Assembly: GCA_002450835.1 (NCBI GenBank)
Contig: DKAM01000030.1
Span: 63,688 to 127,687, forward strand
From: Dehalococcoidia bacterium UBA6926
GTDB taxonomy: Bacteria > Chloroflexota > Dehalococcoidia > UBA6926
DNA: 64,000 nucleotides
Reading direction: 5' to 3'
Shown here: positions 51,544 to 60,001 of the stretch, in pieces
Layout of the letters: each line of letters opens with the position of its first letter
Numbering within the stretch: position 1 is the first letter of the stretch
Notes under the pieces: generated by a model
Seen by the model: only the letters and a program-made list of their open reading frames with translations
Told to the model about the DNA's origin: nothing
Database searches by the model: none
Program-made: the position numbers and the translations under genes

Positions 51544-52983
51544 ATTAATAAAGTAAATTCTGAGTCCTATAAGTGGATCGTCGCTTTAATAGTAGGCTTT
51601 GGAGTATTAACTAGCACCGTTGATGGCAGCATCATTAACATGGCTCTTCCTTTCCTCACCGAAGAGTTTGAGACGGATCCCAGCGTTATAGTTTGGATAT
51701 CGATAATCTTCCTACTAACCAGTATCGGAATCATACTAACCTTAGGTAGTTTGGGAGACTCGGTCGGGCGTAAACGGGTTTTCTTAGGTGGATTCATAGT
51801 TTTTGGAATTGGGCTTATATTGGCCCCTCTGAGTAGATCATTACCTTTTCTCTTTTTTGGCAGAGCGGTTCAGGGCATAGGGCAAGCCATGATAGTCTCA
51901 AACGGAAACGCTCTCTTAGTTCAATCCTTCCCAGATAACCAAAGAGGAACAGCTCTTGGGATTGAGAATGCTGTGGTAGGCGTTGGTCTCGCCAGTGGCC
52001 CATCTATAGCAGGTCTTATCTTAGAGAATTGGGATTGGCAATCATTATTTTATTTCCGGGTTCCTTTTATGATTATATTTTTTGTGATTGGCTTTCTATA
52101 TCTAGAGAAGGATCGACAAAGTACCTCGCAATTCCAGTTTGATATCTATGGTTCTATAAGTTTATTTATTACAATGACCTGTTTCCTTTTAGGAATCACT
52201 TTTGGAAGAAATCATGGCTGGATTAGTTCTTGGACAATTATTCCTTTTAGTATCGTCCCCTTAAGTTTCGGCCTTTTCATCCTCGCCGAGTCAAAAGCGA
52301 AATTCCCAGTCTTAGAACTAAAATTATTCAGAAGCAGATTGTTTTCATTCGCAAATGCAGCTAATTCACTACAGTTCTTAAGCCAAGGTGCAATAATCAT
52401 ATTACTACCTTTTTTTCTTCTTGACGCAAGAAATCTTCGACCAAAAACAGCGGGCCTAATATTAGGAACTTTGCCAATAGTACGATTAATCGTCGGTCCT
52501 TTAGCTGGGTGGATAGCAGATAAGACGGAGTCAATAAAAATAACAACTACAGGGCTAGTAATAATGGCATTTGCGTATTTTTTCCTTGCAAAAATCGGTC
52601 TTGGAACTCATCTTGGGTTAATCGTGATAGTTTTGCTTATTGAAGGAATTGGCACCTCCATTTTTGGCCCCGCAAACAATAGTGCGATAATGGGATCGGT
52701 GCCTCAAAGGTACCTAGGAACGGCGTCAGGAATGATAGCAACCGTCAGACAGGGAAGCATGGCAACCGGGATAGCCATATCCGGCACTTTCTACTCGATT
52801 TTTTTCACAGAAAAGAGCAATGCACTTTCCGCTCAAAATTTATCTACAGAACTTATTGCAAGAATGTCGTCTGCTCATGGGTTTCAACAGGTGCTGAACA
52901 TCATGCTAGTTACTCTAATTATCGCAACATTACTGTCTTTATTACGAGGAAAAGATAACCCTCGTAATATAAAATCGTTTTGA
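51544..52983 (+). CDS. MFS transporter; true start upstream of the annotated ATG (51640), probably AUU at 51544 or a frameshifted ATG at 51539
   Basis: The in-frame upstream peptide YKWIVALIVGFGVLTSTVDGSIINMALPFL is a canonical MFS TM1. No in-frame ATG/GTG/TTG follows the stop at 51520. AAGGAG sits 6 nt before ATT 51544. Confidence 0.6.
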   Translation: MNKVNSESYKWIVALIVGFGVLTSTVDGSIINMALPFLTEEFETDPSVIVWISIIFLLTSIGIILTLGSLGDSVGRKRVFLGGFIVFGIGLILAPLSRSLPFLFFGRAVQGIGQAMIVSNGNALLVQSFPDNQRGTALGIENAVVGVGLASGPSIAGLILENWDWQSLFYFRVPFMIIFFVIGFLYLEKDRQSTSQFQFDIYGSISLFITMTCFLLGITFGRNHGWISSWTIIPFSIVPLSFGLFILAESKAKFPVLELKLFRSRLFSFANAANSLQFLSQGAIIILLPFFLLDARNLRPKTAGLILGTLPIVRLIVGPLAGWIADKTESIKITTTGLVIMAFAYFFLAKIGLGTHLGLIVIVLLIEGIGTSIFGPANNSAIMGSVPQRYLGTASGMIATVRQGSMATGIAISGTFYSIFFTEKSNALSAQNLSTELIARMSSAHGFQQVLNIMLVTLIIATLLSLLRGKDNPRNIKSF

Positions 52984-52986
52984 AAT

Positions 52987-53445
52987 TTATAGACCTTTTA
53001 CTACCTCAAGAGATTCACGAGCATGGCGTTCCATATCCCCAGGGTCATCAATGATATGGCGCAAAATCCCATCCTTATCAACAACATAAGTAATTCTCTT
53101 AGTTAATCCTCTTTCGTCGTTGAAAGCGCCCAAAGTTTTAGCCCCGTCATGGTTAGGAAAACCGCTAACTGCCTTGAAAGATAAGCCACAGTGATCTGCG
53201 AATGCCTTCTGACTAGGAGCCAAATCAATACTAACAGCCCAAACTTGGGTGTCTAGCTTTTGGAATTCTTCATAGTTATTTTCAAATTCCTTTAGCTCTC
53301 TTTCTCAGCCCCCGGTAAAGGCCATAACATAAAATGCTATAACTAAATTTTCCTTACCCTTCAAATCTGCAAGAGATACTGTCTCTCTATCCGCTGTTCT
53401 GAAGCTAACCTCGGGGCAAGGATCTCCGATCTTAGGTAAAGTCAT
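52987..53445 (-). CDS. Bcp/PrxQ-type peroxiredoxin with an in-frame TGA (53305..53307) at the peroxidatic-Cys position; candidate selenoprotein
   Basis: ATG 53445 has a GGAGGA RBS with an 8-nt spacer. The frame MTLPKIGDPCPEV...FYVMAFTGG-TGA-ERELKEF runs on into the track ORF 52987..53223 with only this one stop. TGA aligns with Cys in FYPkDFTpGCTtE. Confidence 0.55.
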
Positions 53446-53517
53446 AAACCAGTCCTCCGAAAAATCTTTATTACATTCTAGAGCAAAATGTAAGGAAATT
53501 TAAGAGGCACCCAATAA

Positions 53518-53994
53518 TCATCGATTTTTAGCAGAATAATATTGGTACCAAATGATTCCCAATATCCATTCAACGTTTATAGGGCCTAAAACCCTGCTAT
53601 CAGTACTGTTGTTGTAATTGTCGCCAAGAACGAAATATTCGTCCTTTTTTAGAGTCCATTTCTGGACATTTGACCTATCGCCTTTATCTGACAAGCTTAC
53701 CTTCCCATAATCAACATCATTGATTAAAAAAGCGTTGGAAGATAATTGCACTACGTCCTCAGGCGTCGCAACAATTCGTTTCACATAATAGAGGTTGGTC
53801 AATGGGTGGTGGAAAAATATCACATCATCATTCTTAAGATTAATCATTCTATATTTAGACTTAGTAGCCAAAAACATATCCCCATCAAACATAGATGGCT
53901 CCATGCTAGACCCTGAAATTCTAACTCTTGAAGAAAAAACTATGTCTGTAAATAATTTGATGACTTGAGATAGATAGAATAATATATTGTGCAT
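53518..53994 (-). CDS. sodX: S26 signal-peptidase-like protein, probable NiSOD maturation peptidase SodX
   Basis: S26 motifs (GSSMEPS, YVKRIVATPED, GDNYNNSTDSR) with an N-terminal anchor. Divergently adjacent to sodN. Confidence 0.7.
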   Translation of the reverse strand: MHNILFYLSQVIKLFTDIVFSSRVRISGSSMEPSMFDGDMFLATKSKYRMINLKNDDVIFFHHPLTNLYYVKRIVATPEDVVQLSSNAFLINDVDYGKVSLSDKGDRSNVQKWTLKKDEYFVLGDNYNNSTDSRVLGPINVEWILGIIWYQYYSAKNR

Positions 53995-54132
53995 GTCACC
54001 ACTATATACTGATACACAACTATGGGCGCCTTTTGGCTTTGATATTTTCCCCTATTGAGTTGCGATCAGGCTCACTGGTGGTGTAAACTCGCACCGGTCT
54101 ACAATCAAAACCGTCGGCTACAGGGAGGGAAA

Positions 54133-54627
54133 ATGTCAACCAGTAAATATTTAATATCTTTGGTGGAAAAAATATCACCTGCTCGTATCGGATACGCACA
54201 CTGTGATATACCATGCGGGATTTATGATCCCCATCAAGCTCAAATAGCTGCTTTGAGTGTGATAAGGATGGTTCAATTAATCGAAGACTTGGATGATTCC
54301 AATTCAGCAGAAAATCAAAACAAGTTATCAAGGTTTATAGCGGTTAAAGAAGAAAGTGCGGAACAAGCTAAAAGCGAACTCCGCGTTCTTTGGGGTGATT
54401 ACTTTAAACCAGAACATCTGGAAGAATATCCAGATTTACATAACCTGTTTTTCTCTGCCATGAAGCAAGGATCACAAGTGAGACAATCGGTCAACTTACA
54501 AGCAGCGGAAACATTCCTTGCAACAGTTCAAGATATCGCAGAAATTTTCTGGAAAACTAAAGGAGCAAACCCTAGTAGGCAACCTTCCAGACAAGCTGTA
54601 GGCGGGGAAATCGTTTATCCGGGATAA
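54133..54627 (+). CDS. sodN: nickel-containing superoxide dismutase precursor (NiSOD)
   Basis: Ni-hook HCDIPCGIYDP sits right after a 22-aa propeptide (MSTSKYLISLVEKISPARIGYA). GGGAGGG RBS before ATG 54133. Confidence 0.85.
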   Translation: MSTSKYLISLVEKISPARIGYAHCDIPCGIYDPHQAQIAALSVIRMVQLIEDLDDSNSAENQNKLSRFIAVKEESAEQAKSELRVLWGDYFKPEHLEEYPDLHNLFFSAMKQGSQVRQSVNLQAAETFLATVQDIAEIFWKTKGANPSRQPSRQAVGGEIVYPG

Positions 54628-54839
54628 CAGGATAAAGAACATTTAAAGACGCCTTTAGCGTTCGGTATTCTTAGCTGATATGGAATGCTAAAGGCGCATA
54701 AGTTCGGTGGTTTGCTAAAAGCAAAAAAACTTCTCTAATATTACAAATTCTTAAAGAATACCTTCGCTCCATTCCGTATTAGAATCGAAAAATCTGATCT
54801 TATAGAGCAACCTATCAAGACCAAACGATTCTCTATCCT

Positions 54840-55331
54840 TCACGGATATCCCAAATCCACGGAATATGCGGGCTGACTGTAAACATTACCAGTTTCTCCA
54901 AGATACCAGCCATATTGGCCACTTGGGGCATTGGTAGCGGAAGAGTTTTTTATTGAATCGGCAGAGCGAATTACTGCAGAGTCCGTCAAAGATCCTGTGA
55001 GAACCATTTTTTCGAAATCCAACCAAGAGCAAATTTCTCCAATGTCAGAGTCATCACATTGATATCCTTGAATGTTCCCCTCGACGGGAAAACCTACAGA
55101 CCCAGACAAGGTAGGCAACTGGGATAATGGAAATATGTTTTCTTTATGTTGCTCCACAGCCCTTTGAAGTGCTTGCTGGTCGGCGGTATAGGCTCTTTGC
55201 TCAAATTTTGAGATAATAAAAGGTAAAACAATAAAACCCATTATTAAACCACCTATAAGAATAATCATTACAAAAATTATATCGTTACGAATCTTATTAA
55301 TTAGGGGATACGGGGAAGGCTTATACATCAA
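54840..55331 (-). CDS. hypothetical membrane-anchored protein (single N-terminal TM, Cys-containing extracytoplasmic domain)
   Basis: Hydrophobic segment IIFVMIILIGGLIMGFIVLPFII. No family recognisable by eye. Confidence 0.4.
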   Translation of the reverse strand: MMYKPSPYPLINKIRNDIIFVMIILIGGLIMGFIVLPFIISKFEQRAYTADQQALQRAVEQHKENIFPLSQLPTLSGSVGFPVEGNIQGYQCDDSDIGEICSWLDFEKMVLTGSLTDSAVIRSADSIKNSSATNAPSGQYGWYLGETGNVYSQPAYSVDLGYP

Positions 55332-55353
55332 ATTATAGTCCTGGAAATGCTTC

Positions 55354-55581
55354 CTACTCGTTTTTATGTATCTCTAAGCTCTCTCCAGGTCGAAGAGCCA
55401 CTCTTCTGACGCTGACATTATACTTCAGAAGCCAGTACCAAAGAGTACCTTTACTAATACCCAACTCTTCAGACATTCCTGGTAAACCAAGTTCATTATA
55501 CAAATCTGGCAAGACCTCTTCTAATGGTCTCCCATATTTGCTTTCCACTTGTTTCATTAAACGAGTCTTTTGCCGAGCCAC
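55354..55581 (-). CDS. small helix-turn-helix protein, putative transcriptional regulator
   Basis: 75 aa. ELGLPGMSEELGISKGTLWYWLLKYNV resembles an HTH. Lies upstream of, and same-strand as, the membrane-protein gene. Confidence 0.4.
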   Translation of the reverse strand: MARQKTRLMKQVESKYGRPLEEVLPDLYNELGLPGMSEELGISKGTLWYWLLKYNVSVRRVALRPGESLEIHKNE

Positions 55582-55769
55582 CGAACCTCCAATTGCGCAA
55601 ACGAACCTTATTGATTAATCTTAAAGACATAATATAAGCAAGAGACACATTTTAAACCAAATTTAAACTAAATACTAGAATATGGTTTCTGTACATAAAA
55701 TAGCGAGCGATTTAATACAAATCTTAAGAATTATTTGTATATAATTATCGAATAAAGGAGTGGGGTTAT

Positions 55770-56249
55770 ATGGGGTCTAATTGGCTAACTTCAGTGAGGA
55801 AAAACCATGCCGTAGAGCATGCTACTATATCCATTCTTGGTCGTAATCTAGATAAATATGGCCAGTTCGGTGGAAGCTCAAACGGCAATGGTTATTACAT
55901 TTTTGGCCCTGCGACCAAAGAAAATATTTTGGACGCCAGCACTGAAGCAATTGGTCGGCTAAATTTAGGGGAGCATCAACTAGCTATATCACCTTTTTGT
56001 GGCACCAATTTTCTTTTAGGTGGCGCTGTAGCAACACTGACAACCGGCGCAATTCTGGGGAAAAAAAATAGACTTGCAAAAATTCCCGAAGCGATTGGAT
56101 TATCAGTCTTAGGTCTTGTTGGAGCTTTTCGATTAGGATCGATTGCGCAAAGAAAATGGACTACTATGGCTGAAATCGGTAACCTAACAATAGCCTCTAT
56201 AGAAGAAATAAACGAAGGTTTATATAGGGTTAACACTAATATTGATTAG
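55770..56249 (+). CDS. hypothetical protein with an NHAVEHA motif (distantly DUF1385/YqhQ-like?)
   Basis: 159 aa with hydrophobic Gly-rich segments. Family uncertain. Confidence 0.35.
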   Translation: MGSNWLTSVRKNHAVEHATISILGRNLDKYGQFGGSSNGNGYYIFGPATKENILDASTEAIGRLNLGEHQLAISPFCGTNFLLGGAVATLTTGAILGKKNRLAKIPEAIGLSVLGLVGAFRLGSIAQRKWTTMAEIGNLTIASIEEINEGLYRVNTNID

Positions 56250-56257
56250 CTTCACTA

Positions 56258-56334
56258 GTCCCTGTAGCTCAATTGGATAGAGCAGCTGATTTCTAATCAG
56301 CAGGTTCCGGGTTCGAGTCCCGGCAGGGGCGCCA
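56258..56334 (+). tRNA. tRNA-Arg (anticodon UCU), CCA encoded
   Basis: Acceptor GTCCCTG/CAGGGGC (one G-U pair), D-arm GCTCAATTGGATAGAGC, anticodon loop TTTCTAA, T-arm CCGGGTTCGAGTCCCGG. Confidence 0.8.
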
Positions 56335-56371
56335 GCACACAAGCTAGTTCTTAGAGAACTAGCCTTCTACT

Positions 56372-57583
56372 CTACTCAGAATAATCAGAATCGATGACTC
56401 CATTTTCGATAAGGTCATTAATCTTTTCTAGAGAATATTTAGCTATGTTTACTAATACTTCCTCGGTGTGTTCGCCTAAATCCGGTGCGGGACCCAAGCT
56501 GTCTGGCGAAGTCCTAGAAAATTTAAAGGGTGTATTAACGACGGGTACTGGTTCAATCCTCTTATGCGGAACCTTCACAATGGTATTTCTATGTTTGATT
56601 TGCGGGTCATCTACGACACGGTCAATAGTATTTACCGGACCGCAAGCAATACCCAAATCACTAAAGGTTTTTAACCAGTGCTCTGCAGTGTTACCGCTGA
56701 TCGCTTCTTGTAAGACAGGAATTAAAGCTTCATAGTTTAAAGTTCTACTGTGCCCATCAACATACCTAGGGTCATCGATTAGCTCAACCTTTTCTATAGC
56801 AGAGCAAAAAAGCGGCCATTGATCGTTAACTCCACCCACTATCGCAACCACAATCCAAGCATCCTTTGACTTAAATGCTTGAAATGGCGTGAATGAAGGA
56901 TGCCGAGTTCCTATAGGTCCTGGTATGTCGCCTGTAGAGTAATAACGCCCTACTGCCGCTTCTAAAGTCGCAACCTGGCTATCTAGCATCGATAAATCAA
57001 TAAATTGTCCTTTTCCAGATCTCTCCCTTTCATAAACTGCGGATAAAATCCCTGTGGCTGAAAACAATCCTGCCACAATATCCCCTAGGGAGGATCCAGG
57101 TCGTACGGGACCCCCTCCCTGCTCACCAGTGATACTCATAATCCCACCCATAGCTTGGACGATAATATCCAAAGCGGGTTTATCAGAATAAGGTCCAGTT
57201 TGCCCAAATCCGGAGATAGAGCAATAAATTACTCTCTCATTAATCTCAGAAAGCGTTCCATAGTCCAAACCAAATTTCTTCATAGCTCCAGGGACAAAAT
57301 TTTCGATAAGAATGTCGCACTCTGGTATTAAATCTTTAATTACTTGTGCGCCTTCAGGAGAGGACAAATCAACAGTAACGCTCTTCTTTCCTCTATTTAC
57401 ACTAATAAAATAATAACTCTCTCCCTGTATAAAAGGGGCTGTACCTCTGGACAAGTCGCCACCCTCTGGACGTTCGATTTTTACCACTTCGGCACCTAGG
57501 TCCGCAAACATCATCGTAGTAAAAGGACCAGACAAAATCCGAGTTAAGTCCAAGACTCTTAATCCGCTTAAAGGGCCACCCAT
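56372..57583 (-). CDS. family III CoA-transferase (CaiB/BaiF/formyl-CoA transferase family)
   Basis: LSGLRVLDLTRILSGPFTTMMFADLGAEVVKIERP N-terminus and a conserved catalytic Asp region. I chose ATG 57583 because it is preceded by GGAGGAAG. Confidence 0.85.
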   Translation of the reverse strand: MGGPLSGLRVLDLTRILSGPFTTMMFADLGAEVVKIERPEGGDLSRGTAPFIQGESYYFISVNRGKKSVTVDLSSPEGAQVIKDLIPECDILIENFVPGAMKKFGLDYGTLSEINERVIYCSISGFGQTGPYSDKPALDIIVQAMGGIMSITGEQGGGPVRPGSSLGDIVAGLFSATGILSAVYERERSGKGQFIDLSMLDSQVATLEAAVGRYYSTGDIPGPIGTRHPSFTPFQAFKSKDAWIVVAIVGGVNDQWPLFCSAIEKVELIDDPRYVDGHSRTLNYEALIPVLQEAISGNTAEHWLKTFSDLGIACGPVNTIDRVVDDPQIKHRNTIVKVPHKRIEPVPVVNTPFKFSRTSPDSLGPAPDLGEHTEEVLVNIAKYSLEKINDLIENGVIDSDYSE

Positions 57584-57750
57584 CGATCTTCCTCCATCTT
57601 TCATTCTACTGTTATCATTGTATCTTCGTTAGAAAAGATATGCTGGCAAAAAAAGCTATGTTTGTAGGGATATCGAGTACTTTAAATAATCGTAGGTATT
57701 TTTTGATTATTGGCAATAGAACAACTTAATAGTGAGAAGGGTTCGACAAT

Positions 57751-58113
57751 ATGGATAAAATAGGGCTTACGGGCATGACTTTCTATGGAAGACATGGAGC
57801 AACCCAGGAAGAAAAAGCTTCTCCTCAGGAATTTATTGTAGATATAGAAATTCTGAAAGATTTACAAAAATCAGGAAATACAGATAACTTGGATGATACG
57901 ATCGACTACTCCAAGGTGTATATGGTAATAAAATCTATCATAGAAGAGACGTCTTTTAATTTAATTGAAGGTATTTCTGATGCGATTGCTACAAAAATCC
58001 TGGATACGTTTCATGTCCATAAAGTAATTATTAAAGTAACAAAATCCAATGCTCCAATGGGGGATAACCATCAAAATGCGTGGGTAGAAATAACAAGAGA
58101 ACAAGGTAACTAA
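57751..58113 (+). CDS. folB: dihydroneopterin aldolase
   Basis: 120 aa. GLTGMTFYGRHGATQEEK...IVDIEI FolB motifs. Confidence 0.85.
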   Translation: MDKIGLTGMTFYGRHGATQEEKASPQEFIVDIEILKDLQKSGNTDNLDDTIDYSKVYMVIKSIIEETSFNLIEGISDAIATKILDTFHVHKVIIKVTKSNAPMGDNHQNAWVEITREQGN

Positions 58114-58158
58114 TAACAATTTTGACAGCTATATTAAGTTACTCGAAAAATATGAGAT

Positions 58159-58605
58159 TCAAGATCCTGTAGAACCAAAACCACCCGAACCCCTCTTGGT
58201 TTCCGTTAGTTCATCAGTTGTAACTTGGATATCAACATCAGCCAAATGGTTAAAGATAATTTGGGCAATTCGATCACCCTCTTGGATCTTGTAATTTTGA
58301 TTTGCCTTCAACGTATACATTGTGACGAAAATTTCTCCCCTATAATCAGAATCAATCGTACCTAAAGGTCCAATTACCCCTTTGAGCGTTAACCCCGATC
58401 GAGGCCTTATTTGGGCGTCAATACCAAATGGAACTTCTATTGCTATGCCAGTAGGAACTCTTATAGGATCGTTACCTATTTCAATGTAATCTTCACCTTC
58501 ACCCAAGCAAGCAAAAATATCGAATCCTGAAGCTCCTTTTGTGGCTTTCTTAGGCACAATTGCCGACATACGTAAAAGTTTTATAGCTATTTTTGTTTCG
58601 TCCAA
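58159..58605 (-). CDS. dut: dUTP diphosphatase
   Basis: dUTPase motifs (ASGFDI, RPRSGL, GTIDSDYRGEI, GDRIAQ). Confidence 0.9.
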   Translation of the reverse strand: MDETKIAIKLLRMSAIVPKKATKGASGFDIFACLGEGEDYIEIGNDPIRVPTGIAIEVPFGIDAQIRPRSGLTLKGVIGPLGTIDSDYRGEIFVTMYTLKANQNYKIQEGDRIAQIIFNHLADVDIQVTTDELTETKRGSGGFGSTGS

Positions 58606-58654
58606 AGAAATATCCCTCGCCTATGAGCTTGTTAAAGGATTTTATTGTATACCA

Positions 58655-59917
58655 TCAATTTAGTAGATCTTTGTGGATCACATCCCACTGTCTAGAGTCA
58701 ACAACATTTTTCCAAGATACTGGGAGTAGATCAGGTAAGCCTAATAACCCTTTAAGTATAGGTGCTAAACCAACCAAAATCCCGAACATTTTAGAAGGAT
58801 AGTCTATATCACCATAATTATTAATTTTTGACCGAAAAAGAGGAAGGCGGAAAATATCCATAAGCCTATTCAGTTTATCATCGCCTAAACCTAAATATAC
58901 CTGCCTTATATCTAAGCCGCGCTGCATCTCCTGCCCAAAATCTTCTGTCCAATTTTTTTGATAAACACTAAGAGATTCATTATCCAGCGAATCTTCATCT
59001 AAATTCTCATTTATTGCCTGCGCCGCGTAGGAAGCAGCCTTTAAACTCGTGTATATTCCCCCGCCGCTCGTGGGTTTAACTTGAAGCGCAGCATCACCTA
59101 CTAATAAAGCACGGTCATCGTAGGTAGACGATGCACTATACAAAGGAATGAAGCCCCCGCCGAAAGAAATAATTTCAATACCCTTAAAATGTTCAGGAAA
59201 CTCATTTAAAAGGTCATTCAATAATTTTCGAGGTTTTAAAGATGTGCTATGCATGGCCGCCCCGATACCTATCCTCACTCGGTTAGTTCCAGTAGGTATT
59301 GACCAACCAAACCACCCTGGAGCCAAATCTTGGGAAGCATAAATTCTGACCATGTCCATCGGATGACCCTCTAATCTTGCTTCCGCCCCAATGCACCATA
59401 TCATTTCTCCAGAATCTCTTCCGAGATCTTTTGCAACTATCGATCGAACACCATCCGCACCAACAACACATCGAGCAAGATACTTTATTGGTTTTTTGTC
59501 ATGAATAGCCAATACCTCGACAAAAGAGTCTTTCCTTTGAACAGAAACAACTTTGTTATTCATCTTAAAGGATGCGCCGGAATCACCAGAAGAACTGGCT
59601 ATGGACTTATCAAACAACTCTCTGTCCACGACCACTGCTCGCTCAATATCACCACCTAATATTAGTGGTTTTGCTTTATTATTTGAATAAACTAAAGCTC
59701 CTTTAACAGAGTTCATGACGATACTAGATTCAATTTGTGCAATATCAAGAGTTCTCGGCGTTATAAATCCAGAACAATGAACAGGAAACCCGACCTCTTG
59801 ATGTTCTTCAAGAACGATCACGGAATGGCCACGCTCTGATAGTAAAGCAGCTGTCCTGGCTCCTGCCGGGCCAGCGCCAACAACAATTACGTCCGCGTCG
59901 AAGTTGTATCCCATCAA
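58655..59917 (-). CDS. FAD-dependent oxidoreductase, geranylgeranyl reductase family
   Basis: N-terminal dinucleotide fold DVIVVGAGPAGARTAALLSERGHSVIVLEE and a GDAAL segment. Confidence 0.75.
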   Translation of the reverse strand: MMGYNFDADVIVVGAGPAGARTAALLSERGHSVIVLEEHQEVGFPVHCSGFITPRTLDIAQIESSIVMNSVKGALVYSNNKAKPLILGGDIERAVVVDRELFDKSIASSSGDSGASFKMNNKVVSVQRKDSFVEVLAIHDKKPIKYLARCVVGADGVRSIVAKDLGRDSGEMIWCIGAEARLEGHPMDMVRIYASQDLAPGWFGWSIPTGTNRVRIGIGAAMHSTSLKPRKLLNDLLNEFPEHFKGIEIISFGGGFIPLYSASSTYDDRALLVGDAALQVKPTSGGGIYTSLKAASYAAQAINENLDEDSLDNESLSVYQKNWTEDFGQEMQRGLDIRQVYLGLGDDKLNRLMDIFRLPLFRSKINNYGDIDYPSKMFGILVGLAPILKGLLGLPDLLPVSWKNVVDSRQWDVIHKDLLN

Positions 59918-60001
59918 TCCCCAACTCCGTTCAATAATTAACAGAAAAACCGGACAATACGATCATTATCTTTGATCTAAATTCCACCATCAGGATGTTT
60001 T

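Noticed and set aside
58655-59917. Coordinate discrepancy while checking the start codon by hand (my column count placed TTG-ATG one base off the track coordinates)
   Set aside because: Most likely my own counting slip within one sequence line; the stop codon and reading frame agree with the ORF track, so I kept the track coordinates.
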